Positions 1-11,841 of a DNA stretch of 64,000 bases are shown here, piece after piece. This stretch comes from Podarcis gaigeae (taxonomy: Eukaryota). Each line of letters begins with the position of its first letter. Within the stretch, counting starts at the first letter, position 1. The position numbers and the translations under genes are program-made. The DNA is taken from NCBI GenBank assembly GCA_964106915.2, contig OZ066918.1; one strand, given 5' to 3'. The notes beneath the pieces were generated by a model. It did no database searches. It worked only from the letters and a program-made list of their open reading frames with translations, and was not told where the DNA came from.

Positions 1-714
1 GAGGCAAGCGAGGGATAGAGAATGGCTATCACAGTACATTACTGTCATACAAAAATAGTGTATTTTTAAAATGTTTCTGAGAGGCCCTAATACCTACAGG
101 CCAGAACGGAATTCTCGTATCAGGAAATAAGCATAGCATTTAGAGTAAAAAGCGACAGGGGAGGATAGGATTTCGATCATTACTTAATACATTTGTTAAG
201 TTTGTGAGACGAAATGAGGGGGAAATGGTGCGGGTTGTGGAAGTTCGCTTACATGATTCCAGCAACTGCCAGAGAATTCCAAGAGTACTTTGTGTTTGGT
301 TCACGTCAACGATCCAGGTATTTCAAATGAAGTAATACATTCCATTCTCATTAAAAGCCTTTGGCAGCAGCACTGATCTCTTACAATACGCCCAGGTAGC
401 TAGCTGGACTTCAGCTATGTTAATAGCTCCTTTCAGCAACCTGTGCTCTGTAACAACACTTCTTGATGTCAATCAAAATAAATGAATTGAAAAAACAAAC
501 CCGCATTTTGGCAAGGACTCATCAAACGTTAATAAGAAATATTTCATGCTGTAAAACCAGAGTAATGCTACACTCAGGTTACTCTTGTTGTCTTAGACCA
601 TCTATGCATATAGAAAATTATTTGCCCATAGCAGAAAACTGTGTGGCATCTGGGGGATTGTACCACAATGAATGAATGGGCCATGTCTTTCTGTATGTTT
701 GGTTTGCATGGCAC

Positions 715-948
715 ATAGAATAGCATCTCTGATCAAGGACTTCTTTGATTCATACCTCACATCTGCCATGAATATGGTAGGCAGCCTTGGGGAAGCTACT
801 CTCTCCTAGCCTCACCCAAATCTGCTACTTGGAGACAATAATTCAGGGTTACTTTGCAGAGTTGACAGGGCCATTTGAAATAAAGGATGGTGTGAACCAC
901 TTTGGTCACCCCGAAGCACTATAAAAATTCTCAGTATTTTTATTATTA
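715..948 (+). mobile_element. Old MIR/CORE-like SINE remnant
   Basis: Degenerate core (ccttggggaagctactctctc...agcctc) and MIR/L2-type tail aagcactataaaaat...tattatt. Confidence 0.4.
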
Positions 949-1789
949 GCCTTTAAAATCTTTTGCAATTTAACTGCTTGTGAACTGCGGTCATTTTTCT
1001 TCATTTTGCATATTTATTCGCATAGATTAAGACCTTCAAAGTTGGGAAATGTTAGCTAGCAGTTTTCAATGTCTAATGGCATTCATCTTGGGCACAAAAT
1101 AATATTGGAAGGGGCAGTGAAAAAATGGCTCCCATAGAGCTAATGGGACCATCCACCCAGGACAAGGATTCCTCACATCTGTTGCATGGATTACTATTGT
1201 TGTGATTTAATGGTTCTTTGTGGGCTACCATATTTTGTTACTTTACAGCCGTCATCTGAGATGCAATGGCTTCTACTATAGTTTCCCTTTATGGCCACTC
1301 CAGCAAAACTGTGAGTGTGTATATGGGGCAGAACTGTCACTTTTAGGGGCTTTTTTAAAGTTGCCACTGCAGCCAGTTGCACTGCTGTTTGCTTTTTAAA
1401 GTTAAATATTAATTTGAATTGAAAAGTGCCTTGTCTATTCAGCAAGATTATAGAAACCCCCCTGCACCTCAGCATTTTCCTTTATTCTTTCCAATGTGTC
1501 ATTGGGGAGTTGAAAGTATACCTACACCCTGACTACTGATGATTCCTAGGCCAAAGTTCATAACTATTATGCTTGCCTATGTGATTCTTTGATCAGTCTA
1601 TGACAGGGTGGATTATTATTTAATACTGAGGGCCACATCAGGCATTCCCCACCCCCACCAAATTTTCAGACTTCACGCATTATGATTTTCTGCATAGATA
1701 ATGGATGTCCTTTCAGTGTGAGAAAATATATCTTAATGAGCACACCCTGCCTGATTTGCTGTGTTCAGGTTCAACAGGGTGCATGTGTA

Positions 1790-2015
1790 CAGTGGTACCT
1801 CGGGTTACAGACGCTTCAGGTTACAGACTCTGCTAACCCAGAAATAGTACCTCGGGTTAAGAACTTTGCTTCAGGATGAGAACAGAAATCGTGCTCCGGC
1901 GGACCGACGGCAGTGGGAGGCCCCATTAGCTAAAGTGGTGCTTCAGGTTCAGAACAGTTTCAGGTTAGGAACGAACCTCCAGAACGAATTAAGTTCTTAA
2001 CCCGAGGTACCACTG
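1790..2015. mobile_element. Tc1/mariner (Tigger/pogo-like) MITE
   Basis: Perfect 18-bp TIR CAGTGGTACCTCGGGTTA ... TAACCCGAGGTACCACTG, flanked by TA on both sides (1788-1789, 2016-2017). Confidence 0.92.
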
Positions 2016-2838
2016 TATTTGAGACTCAGGTATGCATACCTAAGGACAAAAAGTCAAATGGAAATCAGCTCCCAAAGGCAGGCAATTCTCGAATTATAGA
2101 AGCTGCACTGAAACCAATAAGTTCCAGATGTTGATGGTGACTGGAGGTTTAATTGAATTTAGCAGTTTTTAATATTCAACCTAGGGCACTGAAATATCTA
2201 AGGCACTAACCTTATTTGGCAAACTGTGTTTTTGTTCCTCATCAGCCTTATGATAAAAATAAAAAATAGCATGAGTTAATTGTATTCTGTTTCCTTTAAA
2301 CAATGATGGGACGCTGTGGGTTTTTTGTTTTGGTGTGAGTTTTCATACTGCTATCACTTTTTCCAAACGCAGGAAATCTATGTCCCATTCTTCTTCTGAA
2401 AAAGCAAGAGTGAGTTTATCTTGGGAATTCAGAGCTATGAATGGTGTTAAGTCTTTCTTTCTAAAATGGAAAGAGTTGCTAAGCTCAGATTGTCAGCAAG
2501 GGCTTGTGTGGTTCTTGATATTTGCAAAATTTCCATGTCACACTGTTTCAGCTCACCCAGAATCCCAGAGTTATTTTGACACCAGGAAGTAGCTAGGTGG
2601 AAAAGTAATCATATTTTTTTATTGTACCGAGAACAATTTGCTTTGCCAATAATTAGGTGAACTTCCTTTTTGTTGCTATTGTACATATTTTGAAACAGAA
2701 CTTTCCCCCAATCTTTGGTTCTTGTTTGATTTCTGTCACCATCCTATTTCCACAGAATAGTTAGTGTCACAAAGGTCAGGATTAGGGACAAAACAGGAAG
2801 AATGGGAGAGCTATGAAAAAGAAAGAAAATGTGTAAAC

Positions 2839-3404
2839 CAGAGGTTTTCAACCTTTTTGAGTCCACAACTCCTTTGACCAACTACATTCTTTCTACAGCA
2901 CCCCTGTGGGGCTCAGGAGCCCAGATATGTCACCCCTTGCCTGAAGAGCTGGCAGCCCCTCTCCCTTTTTCAAACACCCTCCCTTGTGGAGTTTTCCCTC
3001 AGCCTCCTCTCCTCTCCCCTCTCCTTGGGAGTCCTCCAGGCAGTCTCTGAGGTGGCCCCCTGCCCCAAAGAGAGGTACCGCCTCACACTGTCCATTCCCA
3101 AGAGCAAGGGCTGCAGGACTAGTTGTCTGGGCTCCCTTGCTTGTTTGCTTACTCTGAGGCTGCCTCCATTCCTGGCAACCAGCACCCCCTCACCAGCCAG
3201 CCCCAGAGGCACCATACACCTGCAGAACTTGTAGCCAGGGCTGCTGCAACAAACAGCTGTGCAAGCCTTGGGAGGCAGAGATGCAAGAGCGCATCTGAGG
3301 AGGGAGGGAAGGAAAGAGGGACAGAGTCCAGTGTTGCCTGTGGAACCCCTGACCATCATCCAAGGCACCCCAGGGTGCTACGGCACACTGACTGAAAACC
3401 GCTG
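2839..3404. mobile_element. Non-autonomous hAT (Charlie-like) DNA transposon
   Basis: TIRs CAGAGGTTTTCA ... TGAAAACCGCTG; 8-bp TSD gtgtaaac/gtgtaaat; GC-rich interior explains the overlapping ORFs here. Confidence 0.88.
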
Positions 3405-4883
3405 GTGTAAATCATTTGGCTTTATTTATCTACGCAGTCATGCCAATGGGGTAAATTACAGTGGCTTACAGTAAGGATGACAGGCTGATGTAGCAAGGAG
3501 CTCAAGTGGTGGAACAGAAGTCCCCCACTCACCCAAAGCACCTTTTATACCGATTTTTCCAGAAGGACGAAAGCAACATTTAATTCATACCTTCTAAGCT
3601 TACTCCTGACAATAGGTCTGGAAGGATAGCAGAGTTGATAGTATCCAAACCTACTGTGAGATCTAGGGGAAAACCACATGGTTGTGTTCCCCTCCCATCC
3701 ATTCCCCAGGGTAAGACATCTCAGAGGTCCATAAGCCCACCTGCGCCCTGGTAGATTTCACAGTAGCATGGATCCAGGGAGCACCTGGTAGCTCATAGCC
3801 CTCCAGGAAGGATGTCCACATCCTCAGGTTGCACAAGCCGAAAAGTAGCCCTTGCCGTGTGCTCAGGTGGTGTGCCAATCCCATCCATTTCAGCCCCTGT
3901 ACCAATTATAGCATCCAAGTTGATATGGGTATGAGTGGCCTTATCTGTAAAATGTATGGGGAACTCATCGCAGCAGGCCTCCAGGGGTTCTAGGTCTCCT
4001 CACCTCCCTATATTAATACAAGGGCCTTCATGACCTGAACTAGCTTTGCTCTGTGACATTGGTGTTGGAGAGGTAATATTCTGCCACCACCACATCACCA
4101 CTGTTTGAATCAAACTCTAGTGTTTCATACTTTCGCTTGGTAGAACAGGTTGTCATAGGCACCTAAACTTGGAATATATTGCCATCCATTTAAATTTGTT
4201 GATTTATCATTCATTTTAATTAATTACCTGATTAGGTATCTGGTTTAAATTTAAGTCATTTTACATATTACAACATTTTCAATTTAAGGTCTTGTTCGAT
4301 GACACTGACGGAATCAAAAGTACCGTTCATTATTAGAAAGGCAATTTAAATATTTCCTTCCCTAATAAGTAATTAAAATAGCTTCAAATTAGGCATGTGT
4401 TCCCCTAGCTCATCGTGCGACTGAATAAAAACTGTACTGTACTAAAGTTTTAAGTTGACTGAACTGTTTAAAATGAGCGACTTTCATTGTTGTTTCTTCA
4501 TTTTCCCATGTACTTGGTCTGTTTCTTTGCTCTTTCATTCTCTTGTTGGTTTCTTTTTCATTCTGCCTGCTTCACAGACAAGAAGTTATGATATGCACAG
4601 TCTGTTATGCACATACTTAATTTATTCATGTTATTACATTTATGGACCACATTTCTTCCATCATGGAACCCAAGATTACGTACATGTTGTTCCCGGGTAA
4701 TTATCTGGCTGCACTGAGACTTTCTACAAGTACTCATTACATAAACAGGTTTTATGGGAAGTCTACCTACTATAGGGCCGAACTTTCTACCCTAGGCAAC
4801 CCACAGTAGTTGTGTTTGCTTTTGCTGTCTAGTTTTCCTCCCCACTCCCCCTTAAGCTTGGTGCTATCTCTGTTGCTTGAGAA

Positions 4884-4920
4884 GAAGGAAGGAAGGAAGG
4901 AAGGAAGGAAGGAAGGAAGG
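4884..4920. repeat. (GAAG)n microsatellite
   Basis: Visible directly. Confidence 0.95.
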
Positions 4921-6199
4921 GGAGGTTGATGTTGCAGGGTACAAAGACCAGCCAGGCAGCAAACTCTCATAGAATCATTGCAGAAAAAGCCAACTAACCA
5001 TTCCTCTCCCACACCAACCAAGGGCTACTCTTTCAGCAGATGGTTCAAGGCACCACATCTGGCAAGTTTATCTATCTGCTGACCAGGATCTACTACTTGC
5101 TAAGTAGTTTATTTAAGTTTAAGTTACGGTACTCTGACACTTTTCTGCAGAGTTTTGGGTGAAATGATTTTGTGTGTATGTGGTTTGTTTGCCTTTTTAA
5201 AAAGATGGCATGAATTTTTATCTTCTGACATTCTCGGAGAGAAAATACGGGACGATCTATGAGAACCCATTTTTATTCACTGGGCATTTTTAACTTCTTA
5301 GTTTTTGTTGATTTTGAAAATCTGTTATTCTATTATTGTTTACTTGTATTGTGCTACAAATGGGCTGCTCACTGGCCTGAAATCCAGATAGGATGAAGTG
5401 GAGTGTAAATATTTAAAACTAAGAGCTAATTCATCCTGTAACAATTCAACATTCTGAATATTCCTGATGACTGATCTCTTTGGTGGGAAGTAGTATTTTT
5501 CACCGCATGATCTATCAAATATCTTTTCAATAATAATGTCACCATGAATAAATAGATCATATACATATTGTGTGATCACCTATCGTTTTTTTCAGCAGAG
5601 GGAAATGTAGCTCACTTAGGAGCGGTATATACAGTATGTGCATTACGTATGGGGATGTGTTAATCTTTTCAGCTGCAATGGAAATATTACTTTTAATGTC
5701 AGACTGCCTCTTGCTATGAAGTGAAATACCACAGTCATCACTGATTCATAGAGATGCTTTCCTTTTAATTATACATCCAATATGAATGAGATTTAAAGTT
5801 GCATTATGTTATACAAGAAGTAATCTTAGAACATTCTGGATGGAGTCATTTCCTGTCCAAATTCCTCAGCAACCGAAGAAATGAGAAATTCTATATTGCT
5901 GCCACCACAACCCAGGCACAAGCAAGATCATTATTCCAGGAATTTGCCCTTTTCTGCCATTTGAAGCTTTTCACTTAATTAATTAAAACTTTAAACCGAG
6001 AAATTTGGCAGGGCTTCGCATGTTTTCCTTTTGTGCAAAACAACACTGCATGCCCCTGAAATTCAGGAATAACCTGTATTTTTCTAAAATGCCCATGCTG
6101 GGAACTAGCTGTGCTTTCGTTCTGGTTACCATAAAACAAGTAATCCTTACAAAACCCAAGATCCTGAGCCAGAATTAATCCTCGTCATTTGAGGTGCTT

Positions 6200-6660
6200 T
6201 TGCCAGACACGAATTTGCCCCATTTACTCTACGGCAGTCGTTAAATTTTAGTGCCTGCATCAGGCTGCAATAAATCGAGAAAGCACTTTGGGCTTGACGC
6301 AACCTCTTTTGAAGGGAGATATTATTGACACCTTCTCTCACTCTCTCTCTCTCTGGGCCTTAAATGCGACCCTGGGTTTGTGGAACGCGGCGTGCTCTCC
6401 AACTGGTGTCGAGCAAAGAGGTCATGAGCAACAAAACAATTAGGATGAAATCATGAGCTACATTTGTAAACGAGGGAGCAGGCTTCTTGGCAGGGTGTCA
6501 GCCGCTAGAGAGCTGGAGTCCGGAGTGCACATCCCACTCTCCTCTGTTTGAGTCACTCATCTGTGTTTATATGAGTAACGGAGCAGCTGAGGGGGAGGGG
6601 ATTTGTAAGCGCCAAGCAAATACTCCGAGCGCTCATTCTGTGTAAGACTGACATGCACAC
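6200..6660 (+). promoter_or_regulatory. ARID5B: Internal (intron 4) promoter of the short ARID5B isoform; boundaries approximate
   Basis: Local CpG enrichment against CpG-poor flanks. Motifs: TGACGCAA (6295-6302), AP-1 TGAGTCA (6549-6555), a GGGGGAGGGG Sp/KLF-type box (6591-6600) and an Inr-consensus TCATTCT (6633-6639). Lies directly upstream of an ATG-G|GTAATA exon end that splices in frame to exon 5. Confidence 0.65.
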
Positions 6661-6758
6661 CGAGTCGAGACTACTTCCAGGGATGTAGTGAGCGCGCAGT
6701 CACATGCTGTAGCATTCATGAGTAGAGAGATAAATCAAGCAGATGTTTGTCGACTGGA

Positions 6759-6762
6759 ATGG
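6759..6762 (+). CDS. ARID5B: Coding end of the alternative first exon of the short ARID5B isoform (ATG plus first base of Ala)
   Basis: GGA-ATG-G in strong Kozak context (G at -3 and +4), followed by donor GTAATA at 6763, with an in-frame upstream TAG at 6723. Joining to 8117 gives ATG GCG CCA AAT CTT AAA = MAPNLK, the N-terminus I recall for the human short isoform. Confidence 0.75.
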
Positions 6763-8116
6763 GTAATAATTTCTTTTACTCTCTCTTGATCCCCTCCTCC
6801 CTTTTCCCTTTCCTCCCCCCCCCCTTTTCGCATGCTAGCCTCAGATGCCAAACCTTGGAGTTGCTTTCTAAAACACTTAGCGGCAGGCAGTGCTGAAGCA
6901 TGAAACATTGTGGGGGTGAGGGAAGAAGGTTTGGGGTGGGACCTTTGCTTTTAAGCTGAGGGGTGATGTGTTTGTTTTGTTTTCGTTCTCCACTTGAACC
7001 ACTGCCAGCAGGAAACTGGGTTTTTCTTCTTCTTCTCCAGAGCATCAGTATCAAATTATAGCAGCCTTGCATCTGAGAGCTAATTAAAATGTAAAATGTC
7101 CTGAAACCACTTGTGTGACAAATGTAAGATTAGAAACAATTAGAAGCCACTCGAGAGGCTTGTGGTGTTTAGATTTCTGACATTATTATAATTGTCCCTG
7201 GAAGTAATGAAAACAATGGTTACTTTAAAAGAGGAGGGGGGTTACAGCAAGTTATCTCCACTATAATCACAAGTTAATGATTGTTTATCGTTTTTAATGT
7301 TGTTGAAGTCCGGTGACTGAGCACACAAGGGTCACTTTTCTTACAGAACAAAACAACTACTTCATTCTTTTCCTCATAGTTTTGTCATAATCAGCATTAT
7401 ATTTTGTGTGTGTGCGTGCCTGTGTTTAAAAGACATCTAAATATGTGTTTTCCTTGTTTGACCTATATGTAGTATATACTGGTTATCAAAGCAGAACTCA
7501 GAGTTTTTCTGTATTGTGGAATCTCTCAGCTCTGTTAAGAAAGACTTGGAAGTGTAGCATTAAAGAGACTGATTTGATAAAGTGAGGATTGCATTTCTGT
7601 TTGTCTCATGCCTTCAGCGGTTGAACTGTACTGTACAGAAGTGCCAATCAATTATTTTGTTCTTTGTGCTATATATGGAAGTGGTTGCTTTTTTCAACTT
7701 AGAAAATCTTTGACGCACATAAACATTGCCTAATCAAATACCTTCTACTATAAGGAAATTCCCAGAAGAAGGAATCAAGTTCATGCTTACATTTTACATA
7801 ATAAAATGGATCTATAAAAGATGTTCACCCATCTGATCTTTTGTTTTGCAAGAGAGCAATTTGTGCTTTCTCAATATTCATTTGGATCCTTGTCATATGT
7901 TAATAGCAACAGATTAGCTGGGGTGGCAGGAAATCTAATGTAGAAATATGTGACCTAGAAACAGTTCTACTACTGGCAATAACATGCTTGTTTATTATAG
8001 GGAGATGTAGGCTGCTTCAAGGTGCATGCTTGTTTTTGAAGACTGCTCAACTGGTGTTCAGCTGTGTTACCCCTTTGTAAGAAATTGTGCTGAAATTGTT
8101 GCCTGTTTGTTTTCAG

Positions 8117-8229
8117 CGCCAAATCTTAAAGGCAGACCACGCAAAAAGAAGTCATGCCCACAGAGAAGAGATTCACTCAGTGGCTTTAAAGATTCCAATA
8201 ATAATTGCGAAGGCAAGGCTGTTGCCAAG
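8117..8229 (+). CDS. ARID5B: ARID5B coding exon (human exon 5 equivalent), 113 nt: (A)PNLKGRPRKKKSCPQRRDSLSGFKDSNNNCEGKAVAK
   Basis: Acceptor tgtttgttttcag and donor AAG|gtaaga; translation matches ARID5B. Confidence 0.96.
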
Positions 8230-8989
8230 GTAAGACATTTAGTAATTTTCATCCAACTTCAATTTGCCTTTCTTTTCCAGTATAGCATTTCAAAGTAGGG
8301 ATCATCCCCACCTGCCTCTCTTTTAAATGAAAATCAATATGGATTGCAGTTGTTTGAGTGGGTGGGCTTCCTCTCTCTCCCCCCCCCTTTTTACATTTTT
8401 TGGGTCTGCATTATCAGGAGCACTTTGGGGAAAGAATCTTTGTTTAAAACTTCTGTTGAGATTTACTATAATTGCACACATGCGACATGTTATTGGTATG
8501 CCACCTTTCCATAGTTAAAACCATGCTCAAGGCAGCTTACAAACTGAAAAAAATACATAACTACAAATGTAGCAAAAGTAGTCAAAAACAATAAATAAAA
8601 CCTCAGAACGTACACAACCAAATTAAACCATATCCACATAAATCATAATAAGATCTAAAGTAAACATACAAAAAATGGTATCAAAAACAGCAACACCACC
8701 ACCCTGGCAACAACAACCCATAAAAAATACCCCAACGCAGCCCCAGCTTTTGTAGCTGGAGTCAGTCAGGGCCCTGCCCACCCAGGCCAGTTGGAAAAAG
8801 GCCTGCAAGGCAAGGAGCAGAAGCCTCCATTTCTGTAGCTGGAGTCAGCACAGCCTATCTATCTTGAACACCATAATTTCCTTCAGTATGATTTATCTGA
8901 AACATTTGTAAACTGCTTTCAGAAGTGATCCCAAAGTGATTTCCATGTAACAAAAGGATATTAAAAAAAACCATTATTCATGATTCATT

Positions 8990-9176
8990 AATTACTATCT
9001 AGCCTTTCCTCCAAAGAGCTGAAGGGCAGTGTACATGGTTCTCCATTTTATCACCAGCCCTGTGAGGTTGGGGTGGAAGGTCACCCAAAGTGAGTGGTTT
9101 TCTCTCATGGCTGAGTGGGAGTTCAACTTGGGTCTCCCCCGTGCTAGTCTGACATTCAAACATCTATACTACATTG
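8990..9176 (-). mobile_element. Degenerate tRNA-derived squamate SINE (MIR/L2-tail type)
   Basis: Contains ccctgtgaggt, aaggtcaccca and catggctgagtggga...gggtctcc blocks typical of this SINE class in reverse orientation. Confidence 0.5.
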
Positions 9177-9997
9177 AAAATTAAATTGCCCAAAGCCCTT
9201 CTTAGTTGCCTCTCAAATATAATTTGAAAATAACCATATATGAAACGGGAACTTCCTTTGAGTAACAGATTACAGCGAACACACACAAAAATGTTACCTA
9301 GAATAACATTGCTGTTCCTCTTTAGAAAAGTTGAAATGGAAATTCTGAGTGCAAGTTAATATTCTGGACAAGGTCTTTTAAATACATCTCCTTATGCTTG
9401 AACTATCTATGGGTCTCGGATTACCATGGGTTGGTTTGCATGCACATGTTAATCACCTGATGAATCATCAAGTGGTGACTTGTATGCATGAATGAGCCAC
9501 CAGAAACCCTCCAGATATCACCTCCCATCACTTCAGTTACAATGGCACAACGTACAGTATAATGACCATGCACGCTGCTGGAAATGTGAAAACTACTGGG
9601 ATAACTCACTTGGCTATGTTTGTAATATGAAGCACCAGCCATTATTTTGGGGCTTCTTGTGGAAGAGTTTCCACGTCAGCATTTAATGCCTATCAGAAGG
9701 CAGAATTAAGCAGTTTCTGCATGAATTTTCTAATGTGAGCTATCAGTTTGCATGTCAAAGTCCCAGCCGTCAGAAGGAGAGAAATCAACTGATGTACTTT
9801 CATGGTGAACCTAGTCTGGAGTGTATTTCCACCAAGCAATTATTTTGTGCGTTCTCTATATGACTGGTTGGCTGGCTGAATGTATAGCAATTTGAAGACA
9901 ACATTATTGTACTCAAATATTTAAATTTCTAAAGTGTTGAAAGCTCTTGTTGCTGAGGCTTTCAGTGGGCTATTTACAGTGATGTACTAGCTACTTT

Positions 9998-10148
9998 GGG
10001 ACACAGGTGGCGCTGTGATCTAAACCACAGAGCCTAGGGCTTGCTGATCAGAAGGTCGGCGGTTCAAATCCCCACAATGGGGTGAGCTCCCATTGCTCAG
10101 TCCCAGCTCCTGCCAACCTAGCAATTCAAAAGCATGTCAAAGTGCAAA
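9998..10148 (+). mobile_element. Sauria SINE, 5' half (3'-truncated)
   Basis: gggacacaggtggcgctgtg...aaggtcggcggttcaaatccc...gccaacctagca; matches the copies at 19576, 22573 and 39653. Confidence 0.9.
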
Positions 10149-10619
10149 TTTAAAGCAGTTTAAACACCAATGGCTACTTCAATCACTTCTTATTTGTCCT
10201 GTCCAAATTGTATGATGAAGCCAGTTTTGTTTTCATATAGGCCTCCTGAGCTTGTAAAAGATTTGTGGCATACAGAATTAAAGCAGATACTCATTTTTTC
10301 AACCCTTTCTTCTCTGTCCTGGGTTGGGGGGTCAGGGTGAGAAGTGTTTAGCTTTGGAGCCCTGTCGGGGGGGGGGGTGGTTAGCACCTCTGGATTATGC
10401 AGTTTGGACAAGCCAAATGGCAGTCTGATTGTAAGGATCAGAAAACATTGCCAAGAAAAGTTCCATGTTCTAGAAAATACTTAATTGACCATAGAAAACT
10501 TTCCAAATGTGGTGAATTATTTGGGAAATACAGGTGACTTTTGTGGAACCAACCTCATGTCTGAAATCTTTTATGGTGTTTGGTTGGGTTTTGTATGTGT
10601 TTTTTGCATTGGCCTACTC

Positions 10620-10860
10620 CACACGTCACAGTAAGCCAAACTATAAATCTTGGCTATGGCTTGTGGTTAGTGAGCAGAGAGCTTAACGAAGAGCCCAGAT
10701 TTAAACAGCATGCTAACTAAACTTTCCCTTAGCTCAGTGCTGTGTTGGGAGTAAAAAGGTTTGGGGAGAGGCAAAAGCATTTGCAAGTTTCTCTCCAGGA
10801 GCCCACATATTCACACAGTTCCAGTAAGTCATAGTTTGGCATACCGTACTGTGATGTGCA
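10620..10860. mobile_element. Degenerate palindromic MITE
   Basis: Inverted ends cacacgtcacagtaagccaaactat ... atagtttggc(..)tactgtgatgtg. Confidence 0.5.
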
Positions 10861-11574
10861 AACCAAGCAATTGAATGTCTTGAGTTGATCCCATTAATTT
10901 AAGACTTTAAGAGGTCAAATGTCTTGAGTTGTATTTTGTGTCACTTTTCTTGTGATTGATTTATTAGCATTGCTTCCTTGATATTTCACTGATATTGACA
11001 CAATGGGATGGCACAAACAAAGTTCTAAAGGTAAAATCATGAGGGTTTTGTCATTAATTTTTGCATTGCTCAGTCTTTGGTGTCTTGTGGTGTGGCTAGT
11101 ACTTCAGTTATTTGTAATATGATGAACTGGTATCACATTATACATAGGTGTTGGTTAAAAAGTTGATTTTTGATGTTTGACAGCTTTGCGACCTCCATAA
11201 AATGTTATGGGACTTTCTCAGGTTTCTATTGTTGTGGAGTGCATAAAAGCTCAAAGATCCTGCTATGCAGATGCCCTACTTTTGTTGAATTTTGCAAACT
11301 CTTTATCAGCCGTATTCAATTTGCCCTTCATGAACTATGGGCATAAACAATTCAACATCCTGTAAGTGGAGTATCTTCTGCACGTGAAGCAGTGTGCCAG
11401 AGGACCATTAAAAACAACCACAAAGCTAATATTGTTCTTATGGTATGTGAACTGCGCCCCACCCTCTGATAACATGAAGAGATACCTGCTTTCACATAGC
11501 TCTCTGCATCTTTTACTGGAAGACCTTTCTCAATGTGCCACCTACCACTGAGCGTGAAATTGGTTACGTCTTGG

Positions 11575-11841
11575 AGCTGGTTCTTATTGGTGGAAGTCTC
11601 ATGATTGTGGAACCTCCCTTTCCTCTATGAAGACTGCCTAGCTAACATTTTGTTGTTCTTTCAGGAGGCTTATGGGAACATGTTAGAAACATTGTAATTG
11701 ACTGGTTTAATTGTGGTTTTCTTGCAGATTTGTATTTGTTTTATTCTTATTTAATTGTTGTTTTAAATGCAGTATGTTGTAACCTTCTTTGAGTTCACCT
11801 AGTAACAAAGAGTTAGGACAGAAACCACACGAATGAATGAA
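11575..11841 (+). mobile_element. L2-type LINE 3' end remnant
   Basis: Degenerate 'LWNSLP'-like ORF2 end (ttgtggaacctccct), T-rich 3' UTR, tgtaacc..tttgag motif and a (GAAT)n tail. Confidence 0.45.

Noticed and set aside
2829-3474. Cluster of overlapping ORFs, likewise at 23739-24091
   Set aside because: GC-rich interiors of non-autonomous DNA transposons; no transposase motifs.
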